Shown: one piece after another, positions 1 through 5,921 of the stretch
Position numbering within the stretch: the stretch's first letter is position 1
Layout of the letters: the number at the start of each line of letters is the position of its first letter
IMG/VR virus record: IMGVR_UViG_3300042881_004430
Location: 51,211 to 71,210 of that record
Origin: an uncultured virus (IMG/VR IMGVR_UViG_3300042881_004430)
Taxonomy: Duplodnaviria; Heunggongvirae; Uroviricota; Caudoviricetes
Strand: one strand, 5' to 3'
DNA: 20,000 bases
Made by a program: the position numbers and the translations under genes
The notes under the pieces: generated by a model
Told to the model about the DNA's origin: nothing
The model's database searches: none
Seen by the model: only the letters and a program-made list of their open reading frames with translations

Positions 1-267
1 GTAGAAGGACCAGCTTTTGAAAAAATGGACAGCAAAGCGTTCTTTAGTGAAAAATATTTAGATTACAAAAAGAGAATATACGAGAGCAAAGATAAATTTA
101 GAACCTTGATTAATGATAGCTCAGAAACGAAAATCAAAGAAGAAACGCAATTATTAAATATATACTTATATAGTTTGTGTTTAATTATTATTGCGTTAGT
201 GTATTTAATTAAACATGATAACCATCCCGTCGCCCAAAAGAAACCTATAAAGAAAAAGAAAAAGTAA
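1..267 (+). CDS. 5'-truncated membrane protein with C-terminal TM helix and basic tail
   Basis: Frame is open from position 1 (GTA GAA GGA ... ATG25). Hydrophobic LLNIYLYSLCLIIIALVYLI is followed by KKPIKKKKK; TAA at 265-267. Confidence 0.75.
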   Translation, partial: VEGPAFEKMDSKAFFSEKYLDYKKRIYESKDKFRTLINDSSETKIKEETQLLNIYLYSLCLIIIALVYLIKHDNHPVAQKKPIKKKKK

Positions 268-268
268 T

Positions 269-595
269 ATGGAACAGTTGCAAAAGATGGGAATTCAATT
301 AGGTTTCTTGATTAGCGGTTTGTTTGGGGCTATTTTGATGGCTACAAAAAATGAAAAAACCGATGTAAAATCTGTAGTCTTGTCTCTTGTTGGCGGAATG
401 TCTGCCGCAAACTTCTTGACTCCTGTTCTGGTTGATGCTCTAAATATCGCTAATGTCAAGCACCAAAATGGCGTTGCTTTTATTGCTGGATTTTTAGGTT
501 TAAAGCTTGTAGAGTTAATAAGTGAAAAATTCTTAGAAAAAATTAACGGATCTTCAAAAGGAAAAATTAAGAAAAGAAAACCAAGAAAAAGTTGA
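269..595 (+). CDS. holin-like small membrane protein (about 3 TM segments)
   Basis: 108 aa with three Gly/Ala-rich hydrophobic segments (GFLISGLFGAIL; SLVGGMSAANFLTPVLV; GVAFIAGFLGL) and a strongly basic C-tail, the layout of class I holins. Confidence 0.6.
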   Translation: MEQLQKMGIQLGFLISGLFGAILMATKNEKTDVKSVVLSLVGGMSAANFLTPVLVDALNIANVKHQNGVAFIAGFLGLKLVELISEKFLEKINGSSKGKIKKRKPRKS

Positions 596-621
596 CAACC
601 ATCAAGTTTGCCCGATAATAT
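592..621 (+). promoter_or_regulatory. sigma70-type promoter
   Basis: TTGACA at 592-597, with GATAAT 614-619 (16-nt spacer) or TAATAT 616-621 (18-nt spacer); ATG at 631. Confidence 0.55.
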
Positions 622-630
622 TCCAAATAT

Positions 631-807
631 ATGGACAATTCATTAAAACTCGTTCAACAGCTTATAGAAGCTAGTTATGAGAAAGATCGCCAAGATAAAC
701 TCGCTGATAATTCTAAAATTGGAGAATCTTTCTTTACTCATTACTTGAAGGTTCTTAAGAATTGCATGGAAGAAGAGTATGCAAAAATCAAAGAGCAAAA
801 AAATTAA
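631..807 (+). CDS. hypothetical protein, 58 aa (not in ORF track)
   Basis: MDNSLKLVQQLIEASYEKDRQDKLADNSKIGESFFTHYLKVLKNCMEEEYAKIKEQKN*; follows the promoter and fills the + strand gap. Confidence 0.7.
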   Translation: MDNSLKLVQQLIEASYEKDRQDKLADNSKIGESFFTHYLKVLKNCMEEEYAKIKEQKN

Positions 808-955
808 CAATGAATATTCCCGAGCTTGGGACGATCTATACAAGGATCTGCCCAAGTGGAAGAAAGACATCATTGACATGGCAAAAGAATCTAAGAAAGA
901 AGATTCGTTTTACGTCGAGTTCATAAAAGAAGTTATTAGAAAAGCCGAAAAGTAA
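779..955 (+). CDS. hypothetical protein, 58 aa (not in ORF track)
   Basis: MQKSKSKKINNEYSRAWDDLYKDLPKWKKDIIDMAKESKKEDSFYVEFIKEVIRKAEK*; ends 6 nt before the next gene. Confidence 0.7.
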   Translation: MQKSKSKKINNEYSRAWDDLYKDLPKWKKDIIDMAKESKKEDSFYVEFIKEVIRKAEK

Positions 956-961
956 TCTCTT

Positions 962-1390
962 GTGAAAAAATCTCATTTAGAAAAGTGCGTAAGTCTTACA
1001 AAAGCTTTGCGAGAGACAGACTCTAAACTGAGGTGCCAACACTTTTCATTTATCTTTCACAAGAACAGAATAATTACTATTGGCAAAAATTCTAATAAGA
1101 GCAATCCAACCAATCAAAAGAACCCCAAGACCGGCTTAAATGGTGAATTAGTAAAGGATAAATATACCTGCTCTGAGCTTAACGCTTTTATCAAATTTAA
1201 AAACCTTACTAATATTGACTTTACTAAAACCAATCTTGTCACCACTAGGATTGATAGAAACGGCAAGATCAGAAACTCTAAACCTTGCACTTCCTGCCAG
1301 AATTTGATTAAATTTCTGAATCCGAAGAAAATATTTTACTCCGTTGATTCAAACGGAGACAATAAATTTGAAGAATATGTTCAACCTTGA
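962..1390 (+). CDS. CMP/dCMP-type zinc-dependent deaminase-like protein
   Basis: HFSFIF...IITIGKN N-terminus, C-S-E at the (H/C)xE site, SKPCTSC (PCxxC), KKIFYS terminal strand; GTG start. Confidence 0.75.
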   Translation: MKKSHLEKCVSLTKALRETDSKLRCQHFSFIFHKNRIITIGKNSNKSNPTNQKNPKTGLNGELVKDKYTCSELNAFIKFKNLTNIDFTKTNLVTTRIDRNGKIRNSKPCTSCQNLIKFLNPKKIFYSVDSNGDNKFEEYVQP

Positions 1391-1979
1391 TAATCTAACC
1401 TGTCTAAAATTAAATAAAAATTGGATGGGTATCGGGACTGAAGGCATTGAAACTGCCATCAGTAAGGTATTCAAAGGTTCATATCTTGCTATGGATGTTA
1501 ATTATCCTTTAGTGGATGGAGAATATGATTTTGAAAACCCAGACTACAGACCAGTTTCATGGGAAATTTGGGAGACTTTGCCAGTGCGCCATTTTGATTA
1601 TTCGATCTCCTCTCCTTATCAGACGTTTCGCATTCCAACGGTCGTCATCAGTAAAAACTTCTCAAAGATTCCAATCTACCATACTAAATTAACTAAAAAG
1701 GCTATCCTTGAAAGAGACAACTGGACCTGTCAATACACAGGTCGAAGATTGTCGAAGGAAGAAGCAAATATAGATCACCTGATCCCTGTCTCAAAGAATG
1801 GCAAGAACACTTGGGAAAACATGGTAGCTTGCGATAAAAGAATTAATAGTTTAAAATCTAATAAAACTCTTGAAGAATTTGGGATTCCTTTAATTAAAAA
1901 GCCAAAGAAACCCAATTCTCATCCTTTTATCATTAATATAGAGAGTAAGCACAGAGACTGGCAGTGGTTTCTTTACTAA
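1377..1979 (+). CDS. HNH endonuclease (stand-alone bacterial-type family)
   Basis: ILERDNWTCQYTG, NIDHLIPVSKNGKNTWENMV, INSLKSNK; N-domain LKLNKNW...WEIWETLP...RIPTVV. ATG1377 is preferred over the track's TTG1344. Confidence 0.85.
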   Translation: MFNLDNLTCLKLNKNWMGIGTEGIETAISKVFKGSYLAMDVNYPLVDGEYDFENPDYRPVSWEIWETLPVRHFDYSISSPYQTFRIPTVVISKNFSKIPIYHTKLTKKAILERDNWTCQYTGRRLSKEEANIDHLIPVSKNGKNTWENMVACDKRINSLKSNKTLEEFGIPLIKKPKKPNSHPFIINIESKHRDWQWFLY

Positions 1980-1980
1980 T

Positions 1981-2208
1981 ATGTTACAAAAGATTCAGCA
2001 ATCAATCCAAGAAGCTCAAGGCAGAGGGTACAAGTTGGGCGAGCATTTTAATGCCGTGATCATTCCTTCTAATCTTCTTGACGAATTTGAGAAAGAATTA
2101 AACTCTCATTTGAGTACATCAACTACTGAATCGAAGAATATGGTTTTTGGTTTGGAGGTGCTGGTCTGCGGGAAAAACGAGCAGATCAGATTCGGAAAGA
2201 TTTTCTAA
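1981..2208 (+). CDS. hypothetical protein
   Basis: 75-aa ORF joined by TAA-T-ATG to the upstream gene. Confidence 0.7.
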   Translation: MLQKIQQSIQEAQGRGYKLGEHFNAVIIPSNLLDEFEKELNSHLSTSTTESKNMVFGLEVLVCGKNEQIRFGKIF

Positions 2209-2217
2209 ACTCCCCTC

Positions 2218-2246
2218 TTGACCTTTTCAAAAGCTTAGTTTAGCCT
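2218..2246 (+). promoter_or_regulatory. sigma70-type promoter, near-leaderless transcript
   Basis: TTGACC-N17-TAGCCT in an intergenic gap; 8 nt lie between the -10 and ATG2255. Confidence 0.6.
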
Positions 2247-2254
2247 GTCTGCCG

Positions 2255-2503
2255 ATGAGTGAACTCTTGAAGACCAGAGGCCGTCCTACGGGAGGCAAAA
2301 ACCTTGTATTCGTTAGCATTTCGCAGCTTCGTGAGAAGATGACCGATGCAGCGAGAATTCCAGTCAGCATCAAGTTCGCCAAACAGGTGAACCTAGTCGA
2401 TGATGGCGAAAGCATCCCTCAAACCCCAACCCCTTCCAATCAGGTAGCTCCTGCGAAGGAAGAAAAGCCAGTCGTTTCTTTTTCAGTTTCGGAAGAATTT
2501 TAA
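2255..2503 (+). CDS. small putative DNA-binding protein with AT-hook-like RGRP motif
   Basis: KTRGRPTGGK N-terminus, short alpha/beta core, Pro/Gln-rich linker, acidic end. Confidence 0.6.
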   Translation: MSELLKTRGRPTGGKNLVFVSISQLREKMTDAARIPVSIKFAKQVNLVDDGESIPQTPTPSNQVAPAKEEKPVVSFSVSEEF

Positions 2504-2504
2504 T

Positions 2505-3467
2505 ATGAACAATCGCTTTGATACAATCATTGGTCAGGATGCAGTTAAGAATAAGTTAGATTTTTATCTTGATATTTACGAGAAGAGTCAAATCTCTCCT
2601 AATTTTCTTTTTGTCGCCCCGCGAGGATCTGGCAAGACTACAATTGCAAAGCAGTATGCTAGAAATCTTATTAAAGCAGATAAATCTAAGTGCAAGCCAC
2701 TTATTGAGATTAACTGTGCAACTATCGGTTCATCCGAGAGTTTCTTTAATGATGTCTATGTTCCTGCGATAGCCAATAAAGAAGTCACTGTGCTTTTTGA
2801 TGAAGCCAGCGAATTGCCCAAAAGCCTTCAGATTAATTTCTTGAGTCTTTTTAATCCTAATCCTGCTAATAGAAACACTCTTAATCTTCCAGATTATTCT
2901 GTTGATTTTGATTTTGCTGTTCAGAGGTTCTTGTTCTGCACAACTGAGCCTCAGTTGATTTTTCATGCTCTTCTTGATCGCCTTGAGAGAGTTGAGCTTC
3001 AAGAGTATTCTCACGGTGATCTTTCTCAGATAATTAAGAAGAGTGTGAATTGTGAATTTGATGAAGAATCTCTTTATGACATTTCTTCTTGTTTGAGGGG
3101 CAACGCTCGACAGGCTCAAGTCATGGCTAACAAGATTGACTCTTATTTAAAAACAAAGCAAGAGAGGATCTTTACTAGTGATGACTGGCAGCTTCTAAAA
3201 GACAAGCTTAGTATCTTACCTCTGGGACTCAATCAAATTGAATTGAGAATCCTGCAAACTTTAAAGAGCAAACCAGAAATGACTCTCACTAATCTTTCTG
3301 CGATTATTGGAATGACTCGTTCCAGCTTGCAAAAGGATTTTGAAACTTGGTTATTGAGAAATAATCTGATACAAATTGCAGAAAAGGGTAGAATGCTTAC
3401 AGGTAAAGGTCAAGAGTACCTGAAGCGTTATGAAGAAAAAGAAGAAGAATCAAATCAACCTTTTTGA
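2505..3467 (+). CDS. ruvB: RuvB-like Holliday junction branch-migration AAA+ ATPase
   Basis: IIGQDAVK; Walker A APRGSGKTT; Walker B VLFDEA; LLDRL Arg finger; RGNARQA sensor II; RuvB-type winged-helix C-terminus (LGLNQIELRIL...ETWLLRNNLI...KGRMLTGKG). Confidence 0.85.
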   Translation: MNNRFDTIIGQDAVKNKLDFYLDIYEKSQISPNFLFVAPRGSGKTTIAKQYARNLIKADKSKCKPLIEINCATIGSSESFFNDVYVPAIANKEVTVLFDEASELPKSLQINFLSLFNPNPANRNTLNLPDYSVDFDFAVQRFLFCTTEPQLIFHALLDRLERVELQEYSHGDLSQIIKKSVNCEFDEESLYDISSCLRGNARQAQVMANKIDSYLKTKQERIFTSDDWQLLKDKLSILPLGLNQIELRILQTLKSKPEMTLTNLSAIIGMTRSSLQKDFETWLLRNNLIQIAEKGRMLTGKGQEYLKRYEEKEEESNQPF

Positions 3468-3714
3468 CTTTTGTAAAGTATTAGATACTGATTACGCTGA
3501 ATATGGGGGGAAAATAACAAGAGCGGATGGCAATTATCGCTATCTTGATTGTAGTGCTGGCTGCAAGCATTTTATTCCTTTGTATGATAAAGCGAACAGA
3601 GATTTGAATTTAGACTATGGAGTCTGCACTAATCTTCGCAGCAAGAGGTGTGGACTCCTTACTTTTGAGCATCAAGCAGGATTTGGTTGTTTTGAAATTG
3701 AAGGGTACGAATAA
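3430..3714 (+). CDS. Cys-rich hypothetical protein (putative metal-binding)
   Basis: DCSAGCKHF...DYGVCTN...GLLTFEHQ...C. Confidence 0.65.
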   Translation: MKKKKKNQINLFDFCKVLDTDYAEYGGKITRADGNYRYLDCSAGCKHFIPLYDKANRDLNLDYGVCTNLRSKRCGLLTFEHQAGFGCFEIEGYE

Positions 3715-3718
3715 ATTT

Positions 3719-3747
3719 TTGACAAATCTTGATGGCTTGCGTAAAAT
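3719..3747 (+). promoter_or_regulatory. sigma70-type promoter, near-leaderless transcript
   Basis: TTGACA-N17-TAAAAT; 8 nt lie between the -10 and ATG3756. Confidence 0.75.
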
Positions 3748-3755
3748 AAGGTGTT

Positions 3756-4451
3756 ATGAAAAGAATTCTAACATTATTGTCGTTGGTCGTCTCACTATTC
3801 GCAACTAAGGCTTTAGCCGAAAACGTAAAGGCGAGTACAGAGGCTGGCTATATGTCTCACTACATCGTAAACGGCGTTGCTCGTACTGAAGCGCAAGCTT
3901 TTGGTGCAGTAAATATTGGCGCAACTTATTTTGGAGTTGATGCCTATCTTGGAGGAACGATTATTCCCGTTTCTTCCGCTCTAGACGAGTCTCACTGGAC
4001 TGCTGGCGTAGGAAAGGGATTTAAGATTGTAGAAGGCGTAACGGTTCGCCTAGACGGTCAGGCATTTCGCCACTTGACTGCGATTCCCGGTGCGCCAAAT
4101 TCAACGGAGGTAGCAGGTATTCTTGCTCTTGAGAATATCGTCGCAACTCCTTATGTTAAGGGTACTCATGATCTAGATCTTGATCAGACTGGTTATGTTG
4201 TTGGCTTGAAGCGTCCTACTGATGTATTTGGTTGGTTTACTATCACTCCTCTCGTTGAGTATGGCAAGTTCACTGATTATGATTTCAAGACGGCGAAGCT
4301 AACTGTTTCAAAGCTCCTATTTAATCATCTTGAGCCTTTTGCTGAAGTTGGCTATTATGATAACAACTTCGGTGTAAGCAAGTATAATTTTGCAATCAAG
4401 GAGTTGAATGATTCTGTGGTTGCAGTTGGTGGACTTAGGTGGAACTTCTAA
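3756..4451 (+). CDS. outer-membrane beta-barrel protein, resembling the TIGR02001/Gcw_chp (TorF-like) putative porin family
   Basis: Sec signal MKRILTLLSLVVSLFATKALA; YMSHYIVNGVART resembles the family's SdYxxRGxsqT motif; amphipathic strands; C-terminal beta-signal GGLRWNF. Confidence 0.75.
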   Translation: MKRILTLLSLVVSLFATKALAENVKASTEAGYMSHYIVNGVARTEAQAFGAVNIGATYFGVDAYLGGTIIPVSSALDESHWTAGVGKGFKIVEGVTVRLDGQAFRHLTAIPGAPNSTEVAGILALENIVATPYVKGTHDLDLDQTGYVVGLKRPTDVFGWFTITPLVEYGKFTDYDFKTAKLTVSKLLFNHLEPFAEVGYYDNNFGVSKYNFAIKELNDSVVAVGGLRWNF

Positions 4452-4494
4452 AATGGGGATAAAGGTTTGCGGTGATCCTTAAAACCGCTTTATT

Positions 4495-4568
4495 GGGATA
4501 TTAGTTTATTGGTAAAACGCCTTCCTTCCAAGTAGGAGTAGTCAGTTCAATTCTGTCATATCCCTCCA
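4495..4568 (+). tRNA. tRNA-Gly (anticodon TCC), CCA encoded
   Basis: Acceptor GGGATAT/ATATCCC; D stem GTTT/AAAC; anticodon arm CCTTC-CTTCCAA-GTAGG (TCC at 4527-4529); T arm GTCAG-TTCAATT-CTGTC; discriminator T; CCA at 4566-4568. Confidence 0.9.
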
Positions 4569-5230
4569 TTTTTTTCAATGATACTCTCTATAATATTTAA
4601 ATATTTTTCGCACTTATCAGGTTTAAAATACTTCATACTAGAAACGTCTATAATACATAATTCGATATTTCGTTCCAAACAAGCTTGAAATTTGCGATTA
4701 TCATTATTTTGTATTTGTTTTAATTTATCTTCGCCATAAATTGGTTCGTAGTGGAAAACTCCATTAAGCTCAAAAGCTAGGCTAATAGCAGGAATATAAA
4801 TATCTAACTCAGAATTAATTGCATCTTTTCTATTAAAATGAAACTCTAAATTAGGATATTTAGGTGGCAAAATTTGTTCCAAATATATTTCAAATTTAGA
4901 TCTTCTGTATCCGCGAATTTTATGAGTATTGTTATAGTAAACCGCGCAAGATCTGGAGCAATACGAATTGGGACATTTTTTTAATTGATTAACTGTTTTA
5001 AAAAAAATTTTATTACAATTTTTACACTTTACTTCTTGTTTTGTAATTTTATTGTTATTAGAGCATTTTATCGAACAAAATTTAGCTTTTCGAAATTTAT
5101 CTCCTTTTAAACTCATTTGTATTGCGTTTTTAGTAGCTTTGAATGGATTGCCACAAAACTCACACTGCAAATCTAGTAATTCTTTAGTTTTAGCTTTATT
5201 AAAATCTTCTTTTGAAAATAATTGTATCAT
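4556..5230 (-). mobile_element. free-standing homing-endonuclease-like gene (two Zn-ribbon repeats plus Vsr-like PD-(D/E)xK domain)
   Basis: CEFCG..F...FCSIKC and CKNC...F...YCSRSC repeats; ELDIYIP...AFELNGVFHY...KFQAC nuclease motif. Only convincing minus-strand gene; very AT-rich (9/60 G+C at 4981-5040). Likely start at 5230 with AAGGGA upstream. Confidence 0.75.
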
Positions 5231-5298
5231 ATAGTCCCTTACTAATATAATACACATAGAAAAAGAGTTTTCCATTCCCATTAACTGATTAAATTTTT

Positions 5299-5637
5299 AT
5301 GATACAAAAAATAAACGCCTTCTTATTTCGAGGCAAGATAGACGAAATAAACTCTAGAATTTGCGTCTGCCTTCGAAAAGATGGCGCATGGGATGAAAGC
5401 TCTACGTTTTACATCTCTGGTGAATTTAAAGATGCCGAAGATTATTTGAGTGATAAGCATTTTAATGTAATGTTTGCAAATTATATTGAAGATGCCGAAG
5501 GAAATTTTACGATAGAGCAATTTAATCCCTTGACTTTGGAGGATGAATCCCAGACAGTAGAGGGACTTTACCTTCAGAAGAAGTTTTTCTCGACGGTTGA
5601 AGACGGTTATCAGAAACTATTAAATACTAACAATTAA
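5299..5637 (+). CDS. hypothetical acidic protein
   Basis: 112-aa ORF in the main transcription direction, coupled to the next gene. Confidence 0.7.
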   Translation: MIQKINAFLFRGKIDEINSRICVCLRKDGAWDESSTFYISGEFKDAEDYLSDKHFNVMFANYIEDAEGNFTIEQFNPLTLEDESQTVEGLYLQKKFFSTVEDGYQKLLNTNN

Positions 5638-5638
5638 T

Positions 5639-5842
5639 ATGGCGCACTTAATCAAAGTTCACGCACTTGACCTGAATCACGATAATGGAAAGGATTATAT
5701 TCCTATTCTTATTAATTTAGATGATGTAACGTCTATAGAGCCAAGCAAAGTCCACACTATCATTTATACTAATAATGGCAGTGCTGGCGGCATCAAAGTC
5801 AAAGAAAGCCTCGACCAGATCCTCAACTTGTCGAAGAAATAA
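5639..5842 (+). CDS. FlbD/SwrD-like small protein
   Basis: ILINLDDVTSIE...TIIYTNNG...IKVKESLDQI matches the FlbD pattern (lN.d.Ie.ie...T.I.l.nG....VkEs.eei). Confidence 0.6.
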   Translation: MAHLIKVHALDLNHDNGKDYIPILINLDDVTSIEPSKVHTIIYTNNGSAGGIKVKESLDQILNLSKK

Positions 5843-5858
5843 ATTTTCGAAAAATCCC

Positions 5859-5887
5859 TTGCGCTCCGCTTTGGCCTCGCCTAAAGT
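5859..5887 (+). promoter_or_regulatory. sigma70-type promoter for rIIA-rIIB
   Basis: TTGCGC-N17-TAAAGT preceded by an A/T tract (UP-element-like), in the intergenic gap. Confidence 0.55.
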
Positions 5888-5921
5888 GTCCCTGTCGGTA
5901 GGAACTCAACACTTGTAAATC

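Noticed and set aside
643..879. Minus-strand 78-aa ORF in the track
   Set aside because: The region is better explained by two + strand 58-aa ORFs (631-807, 779-955) behind a promoter.
4520..4537. Reading the tRNA as Trp (CCA anticodon at 4528-4530)
   Set aside because: Shifting the loop by one base destroys the anticodon stem; TCC centred in CTTCCAA plus U73 fits Gly.
5231..5281. N-terminal extension MGMENSFSMCIILVRDY of the endonuclease
   Set aside because: ATG at 5230 has an SD-like AAGGGA upstream; the extension lies in the divergent intergenic region.
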